NCBI GenBank assembly: GCA_963665235.2 | Contig: CAXXLX010000001.1 | Span: 2,720,001 to 2,784,000, forward strand | Origin: Candidatus Poribacteria bacterium | Lineage (GTDB): Bacteria; Poribacteria; WGA-4E; WGA-3G | DNA: 64,000 bases | Direction of reading: 5' to 3' | In this document: piece after piece, positions 39,681 to 50,215 of the stretch | Numbering within the stretch: position 1 is the stretch's first letter | Layout: each line of letters begins with the position of its first letter | Translations under genes and position numbers: made by a program | Notes under the pieces: generated by a model | Database searches by the model: none | The model's input: only the letters and a program-made list of their open reading frames with translations | What the model was told of the DNA's origin: nothing

Positions 39681-42600
39681 TCAGGAGGACACCAGGGATT
39701 CTCCTTTTTCTATTAAGTCTCCGCGCTTAATCATTTCATTGATAACTGATTTAACTCTTTGCCGCATTTCTGTAGTGACCCTCTTAAACCCGAACAATTT
39801 GCAGGTCTCGTGAGCTAAATCGTTTTGTTCTATGCCGTAAGATTCCGATACGATTAACTTGATAGCCTCCTGTATCTCCTCGGGAGCAATAAGTTCTAAT
39901 TTTCGAGAGGTATTCGGGAGTTTACTCCGGTCTCGGACGCGAATTTGTTTCTGCTCTGTGTAGTAGAAAAATTCATCTCGGACCCGAATGCTTTTAGAAT
40001 GCGTCGCCCACTCTCCAGCGTTTTCAACAGCGTCTCGGATGCGATTGCCTACCTTCTTAACCCCTACGGCACTTGCAATGCGTTTTGCTACCTCGTCAAC
40101 ATGCACCGGACTTTCAATCTCAACGACACGCTGAATCCACTTCGCCATCACGTCGGGTGTAACCGCATGTAAATCACGTCCATCGGTGGAAATGACTAGT
40201 TCAGCGAGTCTATACTCTTTTGCTAGGGGATTATTGGGCTCCGGTTCTGGGGTTGGAGCACCGGTTGTATCAACTCCTGTTTCTGGTACTTCCGGCTCTT
40301 CATTGGAACCATGAGCTTTGTTTTTAGAGGTATCCTCATGAGTGGAAGGAACATGTGCTTTAGCTGCTTCAATCGCCTCAACCGCCTTTTCGAGTTCACG
40401 GTCTGGAAATCTAAACCAATCGGTACTCCAAATACGATGGATACGCCAACCTAATCCTTCAAGTACGCCTTGCCTAATTCTGTCCCGGTCGCGAGCCGAT
40501 TGTGCGCTATGGTAGGTTGCCCCGTCACATTCAATGCCTAATAGGTATCGCCCCGGGCGTTCCGGGTCTTTAACCGCGAGATCTATGAAATAACCAGCAG
40601 AACCGATTTGATGATCAACTTGAAAACCAAGTCCACGTAAAGCATCTGCGACCTCTTCCTCAAACGGGGAGTCTGGTGGTTTTCCGGTCCCTTCTGGAAT
40701 GTCACATTCACCTGTTTGGGCATACTTTAGATAACGTTTAAGTGCCACAACCCCCCCATCTGGATTGTCAGGTCGGGGATCAATGTCATCAGCTGTCAAG
40801 TTGGTAAAGACTTCACAACGTTGTCTAGCGCGCGTAATCAGGACATTCAATCTCCGCTCGCCACCCTTTTTGTTTAAGGGGCCGAAGTTCATCGTAAGTT
40901 TTCCATTAGCGTCGCGTCCATAGCCAACGCTGATGAAAATAATATCCCGTTCATCTCCTTGAACGTTCTCCAGATTTTTGACGAAAAATGGCTCCTCAGG
41001 ATGTGCGTTGAAAAACTGCTCACAGGATGAATCTTCACGACGCAAAAGTTCAAGTTGATCTTGAATCGCTTGCATTTGGGCTGTACTAAACGTTGCTACA
41101 CCAAGCGTCAAACCGGAAGGTGTGCGTGCATGTTCCATGACTTTTTCTGCAACTATTCGGGCCTCTTCCGGATTGCTCCGACTCCCTCCACGCTCATAAG
41201 CAGTATCCTGTAGGTAATGATAAACTAACCCAACTTCTTCCTTCGCAGCATCTGGACTTGGAAAAAGTTGAAGTCTATTGCCGTAAAATTCAATGTTCGA
41301 CACAGTAATTAGGGATTCGTGCCGGCTCCGATAATGCCAACGTAACATGCGTTCTGGCGCGCTTTGAGCACTAAATAAACCCAGAATGCTCTCCGTATCA
41401 ACTGCTGAATTTTCTTCCGTGTTTTCGTCATCATCCTTTATGTGTTTATCAAAGAAGTCAGTCGGTGGAAGTTGTCGGCTATCCCCAACGACAACTGTTT
41501 GCTTCCCTCGAATAATCGCTCCAAAGGCATCAACAGGTTTTACTTGGCTAGCTTCGTCAAAAACCACTAAATCAAACTCAACACTGTTCGGCGGTATGAA
41601 CGTTGCCACTGAAAGTGGACTCATCATAAATACCGGCTTAATTGCTTGTATCGCATTTCCTGCCTCTGTCATAAGTTTACGAATTGGCAGATGCCGCCGT
41701 TTTTTCGCAAATTCACGTCTGAGCAGCCCTAATTGTCCAGCGGGCATTTCGTACCGGGGCAGTTGTTTCCAGTGTTCATAAGCAACTTTAGCTTTATTAT
41801 ATTCAAGTGAATTACGGTCTAATTCTTTAAACCTTTGGACAATAAACTGATGAGCATCGCTACTAAAACCCGCAAGGACAGGACGTTCCCGCATTGCTGT
41901 CTCAATTTTTGCGTTATACCAAGCATGTTTGAGTAAATCCGACAAAGATTCACTTGCCTCTGACCAGTTATTCGCAACCTTCACAATTTCAGCAAAACCA
42001 CTATCTGCTAACGCCTCAGCTAGGTGGTTATACGAAACCATATCCTGGAGACTATCTGATTCGGTTTCCCAACATTTTAAGATTTTTGCTTGTTCAGAAA
42101 ATGAGAGTTGTTTTAATCCATAACGTATTTTCTCGTCAAGTTGAATTTTATCAATTACCGTTTGAAGGTGATTGGGATAGTTGCTCTGGTGTTCCTCAAC
42201 AGATACAAGTAGCTCCTTGAGTGTTTCCAAATTCGGGTTTGATGCAAGGTATGCAACTAATGCTTCTGGCAATTCATTGTTTACCACCGATTCGTGTAGT
42301 GCCGATAGATACTTGGCGATTTCTCGGAGTTGATCCCAATCCGAGGATTGTCCGTGCCAGTGTGTACCAAATGCTTCTTTTCCAATCTCTTCTATCCGTT
42401 CGAGATGGGGCAATTCACGTTGCGCTGCAAGAATCGCATCAACTATGCTGAGTCGTTCATCATGGGTTTTCGGGAGTTGTTGTGAACATAAACCTTTGAG
42501 TTCATTATGAGCCTGTCTATATTTCCCCGAAAGTATACGCCACCGCTTATCTCCATAAGCCGCTAGCATTTGTCGAATCTCCAAAACGTTTTGTTTCCAC

Positions 42601-44408
42601 GCTTCAGGGATAAGGATATGGTCGTGTGCGTTATGAAGTTCGCTTAACCTTTCTCCGGCGTTTAGTCCTAATTCTAAATCACTTTTGTGTGTTCTCCAGG
42701 CCGTTGACTGCACAGAAACACCTGATAAGTCTGGTGCATCTAATGCACGGTGTGCTGCGCGAATGAGATTTTCGACTGCTTCATAAGTGTCTGGGACCGA
42801 AAGTTTAAGGTGTTGTGCAAGTAGTTCGGATGATTTTTGGAGTGCTACAACCGTTTCTCTGGCTTCTGCTGCTGCCGATTCAAGTGGTAGTTTGTCGGTT
42901 GGAAGAAAGACTTTACAACGGCTCCCCCAAAACGGGTGCTGATTTGGTACGCCCATCTGATTAAGATGTTTCTGTAGTAGTTCAGTTTGTCCCAATCCCA
43001 TTTTAAATTCAGCTATCGAATGCTGAAATTTTCCTGCTAAAATTGGAAGTGCTTTTCCTGAACGGTTACGTTGCACCAATAAAAGTTCTCCGTACGCCTG
43101 ATACGGTGTAATATCACCATCACCAATAGGTGCGTTGACTGCCTCACAGTAATCGTTTAATTGGTCACGATCACTGAGGAGAGCTTCAAGTTCTTGTTCC
43201 ATATCTGTTATCCGAGGCTCACTGATTTCGAGAATGCGCTTGAGTTCATCAGCAACGGTTTTTTTGTTCATCTTATGACTATGGAGTTCCAGACATGCAT
43301 CTCCGAGACCTATCTTATCCAAATTCCGTTTGACTACCTCCAAAGCCGCCATTTTCTCTGCAACAAACAGGACCCGTTTCCGTTCTGCAATAGCTGCTGC
43401 AATGATGTTGGTGATAGTTTGGGATTTTCCGGTGCCAGGCGGACCTTGGATAACGAGATTTCGTCCTTGACTCACATCATGGATAGCCAATGCTTGCGAA
43501 CTGTCCGCATCAACTACATGACACGTATTAGCAGGCATCAGGTGTTTGTCAATGTTGGGTACGCTATCGTCAATGGATGATTTTGGTTCGCCAAATCCGT
43601 TTACGAGTACCGACCGCAATACTGAACGTTCAGTTAAAACGTTATCAGGCCAATCGTTAGCATCTAAATCGCGATACATCAGAAACTTAGCAAACGAGAA
43701 AAAACCGAGTGCAATTGCAGAAGTATCAACCGACCATCGCTTAAAATCATCAATTTCCTGACACACATCCTGATAGTATTTTAGGATGTTGGACTTATCA
43801 AGGTCGTCCGCTTCGGGAAGATGTGGCAATTGGATGCCAAATTCAGCTTTTAGTTTTTCCTGAAGCGAAAGATTCGTGCCAATCTCCTCCTCTGTGTATT
43901 GAACACGAAAACTGGCGCGTACACTGGTACGGCTGATCTCCACAGGGACCAAAATTAACGGGGCACGGCGCAATATCTCACTTGCTTCATCTTCATACCA
44001 TTTGAGCATACCGAGTGCAAGATAGAGTGTAGTCACACCCTGCTCTTCAATAGCCGTTCGCGCCGTATAATAGGTTTTCAATAAACGCTTTCGAAGTTCA
44101 TCAGATGTATGGTTTGTCTGAAGTTTGGTATCGGTATACCGAGCAGGATCGTTCTCTACTTCATCATCTTCAAACAAAAGGGAGTTGTCTTCTTCAGATT
44201 CACGTTTTGGTAGGAATGACATGAACTTCCCATCTTGCACAAGAATCTGATAGACATCCGGTGGAGATTCATCAACAATCTCAACCCCTCGTGCCTTGAG
44301 AAGTCTGTAGTTAATCAGCGGGTTACGTAAACCCAAGTCAAGGAGTTCATTCCGTGCTTCGTCTAATTTTTTTTGTATTTCTTCTAGTACAGAATTCATC
44401 TCATCCAC
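39681..44408 (-). CDS. DUF4011-SF1 helicase-Vsr-like nuclease-DUF3320 protein (Hhe-like defence)
   Basis: LLDLGLRNPLIN, QGPPGTGKSQTI, FDEASQ, GDSRQLPP, VQGDERD, GIECDGATYH, RIWSTDW. Confidence 0.9.
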   Translation of the reverse strand: MDEMNSVLEEIQKKLDEARNELLDLGLRNPLINYRLLKARGVEIVDESPPDVYQILVQDGKFMSFLPKRESEEDNSLLFEDDEVENDPARYTDTKLQTNHTSDELRKRLLKTYYTARTAIEEQGVTTLYLALGMLKWYEDEASEILRRAPLILVPVEISRTSVRASFRVQYTEEEIGTNLSLQEKLKAEFGIQLPHLPEADDLDKSNILKYYQDVCQEIDDFKRWSVDTSAIALGFFSFAKFLMYRDLDANDWPDNVLTERSVLRSVLVNGFGEPKSSIDDSVPNIDKHLMPANTCHVVDADSSQALAIHDVSQGRNLVIQGPPGTGKSQTITNIIAAAIAERKRVLFVAEKMAALEVVKRNLDKIGLGDACLELHSHKMNKKTVADELKRILEISEPRITDMEQELEALLSDRDQLNDYCEAVNAPIGDGDITPYQAYGELLLVQRNRSGKALPILAGKFQHSIAEFKMGLGQTELLQKHLNQMGVPNQHPFWGSRCKVFLPTDKLPLESAAAEARETVVALQKSSELLAQHLKLSVPDTYEAVENLIRAAHRALDAPDLSGVSVQSTAWRTHKSDLELGLNAGERLSELHNAHDHILIPEAWKQNVLEIRQMLAAYGDKRWRILSGKYRQAHNELKGLCSQQLPKTHDERLSIVDAILAAQRELPHLERIEEIGKEAFGTHWHGQSSDWDQLREIAKYLSALHESVVNNELPEALVAYLASNPNLETLKELLVSVEEHQSNYPNHLQTVIDKIQLDEKIRYGLKQLSFSEQAKILKCWETESDSLQDMVSYNHLAEALADSGFAEIVKVANNWSEASESLSDLLKHAWYNAKIETAMRERPVLAGFSSDAHQFIVQRFKELDRNSLEYNKAKVAYEHWKQLPRYEMPAGQLGLLRREFAKKRRHLPIRKLMTEAGNAIQAIKPVFMMSPLSVATFIPPNSVEFDLVVFDEASQVKPVDAFGAIIRGKQTVVVGDSRQLPPTDFFDKHIKDDDENTEENSAVDTESILGLFSAQSAPERMLRWHYRSRHESLITVSNIEFYGNRLQLFPSPDAAKEEVGLVYHYLQDTAYERGGSRSNPEEARIVAEKVMEHARTPSGLTLGVATFSTAQMQAIQDQLELLRREDSSCEQFFNAHPEEPFFVKNLENVQGDERDIIFISVGYGRDANGKLTMNFGPLNKKGGERRLNVLITRARQRCEVFTNLTADDIDPRPDNPDGGVVALKRYLKYAQTGECDIPEGTGKPPDSPFEEEVADALRGLGFQVDHQIGSAGYFIDLAVKDPERPGRYLLGIECDGATYHSAQSARDRDRIRQGVLEGLGWRIHRIWSTDWFRFPDRELEKAVEAIEAAKAHVPSTHEDTSKNKAHGSNEEPEVPETGVDTTGAPTPEPEPNNPLAKEYRLAELVISTDGRDLHAVTPDVMAKWIQRVVEIESPVHVDEVAKRIASAVGVKKVGNRIRDAVENAGEWATHSKSIRVRDEFFYYTEQKQIRVRDRSKLPNTSRKLELIAPEEIQEAIKLIVSESYGIEQNDLAHETCKLFGFKRVTTEMRQRVKSVINEMIKRGDLIEKGESLVSS

Positions 44409-44431
44409 TTCTTAATTTGATCGTTAGCTCT

Positions 44432-44514
44432 ATAAACATACCGCCCATACTGGGCTAGTTTGTGTGGCGGAAGATTTAATAAACATACCGCCCATACTGG
44501 GCTAGTTTGTGTGG
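44432..44514. repeat. Two-copy REP-like direct repeat
   Basis: taaacataccgcccatactgggctagtttgtgtgg x2. Confidence 0.75.
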
Positions 44515-44823
44515 TTGAGCGTCTCTATGGTGTGACGTTTGTAAGCGCGCTTACAAATTGTCAAACAAACCAAAGCGAACTCAGCTCCGGAAATTGCCGT
44601 AGCGATGAATAATCAAAGACATCGAGCATACCGGTTATTTTATTTTTCATAAATCCCTTCACAGAATAACATACTTCGCAGAAAATGTCAAATGAATTCT
44701 TTGCTATTGTGTGCATTTACTGTGGCATCCTAACAATTTCTGTGATATACTTTTAAAAGTAACACAACTCACACGAACCTGATTGCCAACGCGGCTTTCA
44801 AAAACTGTCAACATAGCATAACA

Positions 44824-47409
44824 ATGGAAATAACACGCCCATTTTTACTTTTACTTCTCCTTTTACTCCCCATCCTCTACTACAGTTACCGGCGGAGTCT
44901 GGTTGACCTATCGCGAACGCAGCGATTGATTAGCTTAGGTATCAGGATTATTATTGTGCTGCTGCTAATCTTGAGCGTTGCCGACGTGCAATATCTGAAA
45001 ACCGACGAAAAGTTAGCGGTTATGTTTATAGCGGATATTTCGGATAGCATCTCAGCAGATGGATTGACAAAATCAACCGATTATATCAACGAAGCCCTTA
45101 AATCGCGTACGCGGAATCAGGAAGCTGGGGTCATAGCGTTTACAGATAAGGCGGAAATACTGAAAGCCCCCGGCGTTGAAAATCAAGATAACAGTGAATC
45201 TGAAGCGGATGTGCAGCTCGCTGACATCAGAAAAACGTGGCAAGAAGCAAATGAAGATGTGGGCGACGCGACGAACATCGCGCAAGCAATTGAGACCGCA
45301 TGGAGCGTTTTTCCCGCCAATGCCAATAAACGCATCGTTCTGATTACGGACGGAATTGAGACGCAGGGGGATGCAATTCATACCGGACTACGCGGAAAAG
45401 ATTTTGATATACAGGTCGACACAGTGCCGATATATCCGAGCGATGAACCGGAGGTTATGTTAGAGCGCATTGATGTTCCCGTGCAAGTTAAACAGGGGGC
45501 GCCGTTTAATCTGGAAGTGCTTATCCATAGCAATCATGAGGATATAGCCGAAATTCGGCTCTTCAAGAACAAATTTGAGACTGCTAAAAAGGAGGTCCGT
45601 CTCGCTGAAGGTGAAAATCGCGTGGTATTTACCGAGACATCAATGGAAAGCGGTACCTTGACCTACGATGCTATCTGCCGTACGACAAAGGATACCCGTT
45701 ACGACAACAATCGGGCTCTCGGTATTGTTACAGTTGCGGGTAAACCGAAAGTCCTGCTGATTGATGAAAATGAATCGCAAGCACGCTATCTGGCACGCGC
45801 CCTTGAGGATGCAAAGATTCGTGTGGATGTCCGAAACGGGTTGGGTGTACCGAATGAACTTGCTGACCTACAAAACTATGAACTGATTATCTTTAGCGAA
45901 GTGCCAGCTAACCGCCTCAATGAGAAACAGATGGGACTTATCCGTACCTATGTTCAAGACCTTGGGGGAGGTTTCATGATGCTCGGCAGTGAGAACAGCT
46001 TCGGACTCGGTGGCTACTATAAGACACCTATTGAGGCGATTTTGCCTGTCCGCACCGATACAGAAAAGAAGAAGGAAACCCCCTCGCTTGCCATAGTGCT
46101 TGTTATTGATAAGTCCGGAAGTATGGGCGGTATCAAAATTGAATTGGCGAAAGAGGCGGCGCGGGCAACCGTCGAATTGCTTGGGAAACGCGACAAAATC
46201 GGGGTTATCGCTTTTGATGGTTCACCCTTCTGGATTACGGAGATGCACGCTGCCTCGGATAAGTTGTACGTTACCGATCAGATTGGCACAATTACCGCAG
46301 GCGGTGGCACAAATCTATACCCCGCACTACAACAAGCGTATTTCTCGCTTACAGAAACAACCGCTAAACTCAAACATGTCATTGTCCTTAGCGATGGACA
46401 GTCGCAGCCGGGGGACTGGTACGGCATTGCAAATTCTATGCATTCGGAGCGCATTACGATTTCTACGGTGGGCATCGGCAGTGGGGCGGATATGAATCTG
46501 CTTGGCAATCTCGCCAAATGGGGGGGAGGCCGCGAGTACTTCACCCAAGACCCGTATAACATTCCACAAATCTTTGCAAAAGAGACTGTGACCGCCTCTA
46601 AATCCGCTATCATTGATGAGCCGTTCATTCCACAACAGATTAAGCCGACTCAAGTTTTGAGCGGTATTGACTTGGGACTTGCACCGTTCCTCCTCGGCTA
46701 CGTCGCAACGCAACCACGCCCGACCGCAGAGACCTTCCTTGTTTCTGACCGTGGTGACCCTGTATTAGCAAGTTGGCAGTACGGTTTAGGAAAAGCAGTC
46801 GCCTTCACCTCCGACGCGAAAGCACGATGGGCAACCGATTGGTTGGAGTGGCCCGGCTACGGTAAATTCTGGGCACAATTGGTACGTGACACGATGCGGA
46901 AGACAACCCTTAGCAATTTCCAAGCACAAATTAGCAAGAGGAAAGGTGTTGCTCACCTCGCTATTGATGCCCTCGGTGACACTGGCGAATTTCTAAACGA
47001 ATTGGAGAGTGACATTACGCTTATCGGGCCCGACCTCAAAAAGAGACAACTCCCTGTCACACAAACTGCGCCAGGACGATATGAACTCGGTTTTCCAGCG
47101 AAAGATGTCGGCCCCTATTTCTTGAATATCATGCAAAAACAGGCGGGAGAAATTGTCAACACGCAAGTGACGGGGACCGTTGTCTCCTACCCCGAAGAAT
47201 ATCTGGTTCACAACGCCAACGAATCGCTCCTAACGCAACTATCATCTGTGTCTGGCGGAAAATTCAACGTTTCTGCTGAGGAGGCGTTTCGTCCGCCGGA
47301 GAATCCGGTAGTGCTCCGAATTCACTTGTGGCGACCTTTTCTCATCGCCGCGCTATTTCTGCTGCTCCTTGATATTGCACTACGCCGCATTGATATGAGA
47401 CGCTCCTAA
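44824..47409 (+). CDS. Membrane-anchored double-vWA / GATase1-like protein
   Basis: MIDAS motifs DISDS and DKSGS, LITDG, LSDG, WQYGLGK. Confidence 0.85.
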   Translation: MEITRPFLLLLLLLLPILYYSYRRSLVDLSRTQRLISLGIRIIIVLLLILSVADVQYLKTDEKLAVMFIADISDSISADGLTKSTDYINEALKSRTRNQEAGVIAFTDKAEILKAPGVENQDNSESEADVQLADIRKTWQEANEDVGDATNIAQAIETAWSVFPANANKRIVLITDGIETQGDAIHTGLRGKDFDIQVDTVPIYPSDEPEVMLERIDVPVQVKQGAPFNLEVLIHSNHEDIAEIRLFKNKFETAKKEVRLAEGENRVVFTETSMESGTLTYDAICRTTKDTRYDNNRALGIVTVAGKPKVLLIDENESQARYLARALEDAKIRVDVRNGLGVPNELADLQNYELIIFSEVPANRLNEKQMGLIRTYVQDLGGGFMMLGSENSFGLGGYYKTPIEAILPVRTDTEKKKETPSLAIVLVIDKSGSMGGIKIELAKEAARATVELLGKRDKIGVIAFDGSPFWITEMHAASDKLYVTDQIGTITAGGGTNLYPALQQAYFSLTETTAKLKHVIVLSDGQSQPGDWYGIANSMHSERITISTVGIGSGADMNLLGNLAKWGGGREYFTQDPYNIPQIFAKETVTASKSAIIDEPFIPQQIKPTQVLSGIDLGLAPFLLGYVATQPRPTAETFLVSDRGDPVLASWQYGLGKAVAFTSDAKARWATDWLEWPGYGKFWAQLVRDTMRKTTLSNFQAQISKRKGVAHLAIDALGDTGEFLNELESDITLIGPDLKKRQLPVTQTAPGRYELGFPAKDVGPYFLNIMQKQAGEIVNTQVTGTVVSYPEEYLVHNANESLLTQLSSVSGGKFNVSAEEAFRPPENPVVLRIHLWRPFLIAALFLLLLDIALRRIDMRRS

Positions 47410-47826
47410 TTAACCTAATACCATTTCTAATTGAAAATGTCTCTTTATTGTAGCATAAACTTCCAGTTTGTGTATTGTAGCATAAACTTCCAGTTTGTGT
47501 ATTGTAGCATAAACTTCCAGTTTGTGTATTGTAGCATAAACTTCCAGTTTGGGTCTTCCGTTCTACGCCGCATTGATATGAGACGCTCCTAATTAACCTA
47601 ATACCATTTCTAATTGAAAATGTCTCTTTATTGTAGCATAAACTTCCAGTTTGTGTATTGTAGCATAAACTTCCAGTTTGTGTATTGTAGCATAAACTTC
47701 CAGTTTGTGTATTGTAGCATAAACTTCCAGTTTGTGTATTGTAGCATAAACTTCCAGTTTGGGTCTTCCGTTCTCCGTTTCATTTCTAACAACTGGTAAT
47801 GATAGAATAATTAATAAAAATGGTAT
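47380..47826. repeat. MITE-like element with an expanded 27-bp GTAG repeat (4+5 copies) and a 183-bp tandem duplication
   Basis: Termini ATACCATTT...AAATGGTAT; unit tattgtagcataaacttccagtttgtg; inverted single-unit copy at 52433-52550. Confidence 0.8.
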
Positions 47827-47835
47827 AAGCTACCT

Positions 47836-48010
47836 AACGCGAGCTTGATAATAAATGGCCGTTTGTGCTAACCTCTATAAACATATCGTCCCTACAGGAC
47901 TAAGAGGCGGTGGGGAAACGTTTGCTTCTATAAATATATCGTCCCTACAGGACTAAATCTGTGGGGAAACGTTTGCTTCTATAAATATATCGTCCCTACA
48001 GGACTAAAGA
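47836..48010. repeat. REP-like repeat cluster; inverted homolog at about 53740-53925
   Basis: ctataaa.atatcgtccctacaggactaa x3. Confidence 0.75.
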
Positions 48011-48266
48011 AAAACTCACGTTACCTATCAATTTTTAGACTTGGAAACGCCGATTTTCGTCAAAAAATGATGATAATTATACCCTGAACTTCTATATTGC
48101 ACGCTTATGCCACAAACTAGGAAGTTTGTGCTACTATATGGCAACTTGCGTTAATTAGAAAAAATTGACTTGATTTTCTACGGGATATCTGGTATAATGA
48201 TGGTTATATATGTCCTGCATGGCCGAGTGATAATTATCCGTTTTCTCATTTTGTGGAGATGACACT

Positions 48267-49586
48267 GTGAACATTACGCAATTTACGATGGAAGAGGTTC
48301 GCTGTTTCAGTGAACGCCAAACGCTTGAAATTCGACCTCTGACGTTTCTGGTCGGCGAAAATAGCACAGGAAAGACAACCGCGCTGGCATGTTTTCAGGT
48401 GTTAGCAAATTGTTTGCATCAGCCCGGAGTAGATTTTAATCATCCACCCTACACAATGGGAATCTTTAAGGAAATTGTTAGGAGCAGTAGAAAAAAAGAG
48501 AAGACCTTTAAGCTAGGATTTACGTACAAAGATATGGATGAGAATGTTGAATGGATAGTTGAATTCGTTGAGAAGAAAGAAGGGGTTGAACCTGCTGTTA
48601 GCAAAATGACACTTAAATTCTGTGATGGCGGCAGTATCGTTTTCAAAACTTCGGATGAACTAGAGAACGCCGTATTCCGAGTTGAATTTGTGGAGGCTCC
48701 AAATCGGTTCCAAATTGCTTGCCGAGAGGATAGGATTAAGAGCCCATCATTGGGGATGCTTTTAGATTTTCTAGAAGACCAAGATGCGGCACCTTTTCTA
48801 GAGGGGGAAGATACGGTAAAAAAAGCACTCACAAAGTATATAAGGGACCGTGTAATGGCACGGGATGGAAGATTCGGACTATTGGATATCCGGTATGCAA
48901 TATCTGTATTTAGTACATCACCTATTCGCTCTCAACCGAAACGAACGTACGATCCGATTCGAGAACTTTATGACCCTGAAGGAAGTGAAATTCCTATGTA
49001 TCTAATGCGGATAGAAGCAACTCAAAAGAAGGAGTGGGAAACACTTAAGCAGCATCTGCTCGAATTTGGTAAGGCTTCAGGCTTATTCCAGAACATTGAG
49101 CTAAAAAACTTCGGACAGGCTTTAGGGGGACCATTTCAGCTACGTTTCAAGGTTAGAGGGCCTACCTGTAATATAACGGATGTCGGATACGGAGTCAGTC
49201 AGATTTTGCCGATTTTAGTTCATGTATTAAATCCTTCTATTTATACTGCAACTAGCTTCTTCTTATTACAACAACCGGAAGTCCACTTGCATCCGAGGGC
49301 ACAAGCGGAACTCTCCTCCCTGTTAGCGAAATTGGCACATACAGGTAAAGGGTCGTTCATTGTTGAGACGCACAGCGACTATATGATAGACCGCGCACGT
49401 ATTGAAATCAGAAAGGGCACCATCAAGCCTGACGAGGTTTCCCTAATCTACTTTGAACCGAAGGGCAACATCGTCAACGTGCATAACATAGGCTTTGATG
49501 AAGCGGGCAATCTAACCAACGTTCCGAAACATTATCGGAAGTTCTTTCTCAAAGAGACCTACCGGCTCATGGGGTTTGAGGATTAA
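48267..49586 (+). CDS. ABC-type AAA ATPase (AAA_21/DUF3696-like)
   Basis: GENSTGKT, VGYGVSQILP, LLQQPEVHLHP, VETHS. Confidence 0.85.
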   Translation: MNITQFTMEEVRCFSERQTLEIRPLTFLVGENSTGKTTALACFQVLANCLHQPGVDFNHPPYTMGIFKEIVRSSRKKEKTFKLGFTYKDMDENVEWIVEFVEKKEGVEPAVSKMTLKFCDGGSIVFKTSDELENAVFRVEFVEAPNRFQIACREDRIKSPSLGMLLDFLEDQDAAPFLEGEDTVKKALTKYIRDRVMARDGRFGLLDIRYAISVFSTSPIRSQPKRTYDPIRELYDPEGSEIPMYLMRIEATQKKEWETLKQHLLEFGKASGLFQNIELKNFGQALGGPFQLRFKVRGPTCNITDVGYGVSQILPILVHVLNPSIYTATSFFLLQQPEVHLHPRAQAELSSLLAKLAHTGKGSFIVETHSDYMIDRARIEIRKGTIKPDEVSLIYFEPKGNIVNVHNIGFDEAGNLTNVPKHYRKFFLKETYRLMGFED

Positions 49587-49589
49587 CGA

Positions 49590-50024
49590 ATGTGTGTGAT
49601 AATAGATACAAATACCTTCAGTAGGTTCAGAAATCCAGCAGATGAAGATTTGGAGCCTGTCCGACAATGGCTAAGAAATAGAAACGGTAAAATCGTCTAT
49701 TCTAATATAGGAAAATATAAGCAGGAGTGGGAAAAAGGCGGAATGGGCCCCTTAACAAGAGAACTAATCAGGAGAGGCCAACTTAAAGATGTCTCGAAAG
49801 ATGCTGAGGTGGCAGAAAAGGAACGGGAACTCAAAGGCGAAATAAAATCGGACGATGCACACATTATAGCATTGGCGATAGTAGCGGAGGTAAGGGTATT
49901 GGTTTCCTACGCCGAAGGCGATAAAGCACTGTTTGACGATTTTAAGGATAAGAAATTTGTTGGCGGAAAGATATACACGAGAAGATCGCATGACCATCTG
50001 CTTAAGAGCGATTTATGCCTGTAA
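49590..50024 (+). CDS. PIN-like domain protein
   Basis: VIIDTN...SDDAHIIALA...D..L..DF. Confidence 0.7.
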   Translation: MCVIIDTNTFSRFRNPADEDLEPVRQWLRNRNGKIVYSNIGKYKQEWEKGGMGPLTRELIRRGQLKDVSKDAEVAEKERELKGEIKSDDAHIIALAIVAEVRVLVSYAEGDKALFDDFKDKKFVGGKIYTRRSHDHLLKSDLCL

Positions 50025-50215
50025 AGACAGGACATGTTAGGAGGTGAATGTTTCGCCAAAATCTGCGCAATCTCAATTCATATCACACACCTCTCCATCC
50101 TTCCATTCTTCCATTCTTCCACCCATCCATCCTCCCATTCTTCCCCTATGTTCATTTTAATTTGACATCCCGTGCGATTCATGTTATCATATTAACGTAA
50201 TTGTAAGGAGAAAAA

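Noticed and set aside
47446-47763. 27-bp repeats as a CRISPR array or a 61-aa repeat peptide
   Set aside because: No unique spacers; head-to-tail REP-like units also found elsewhere in inverted orientation.
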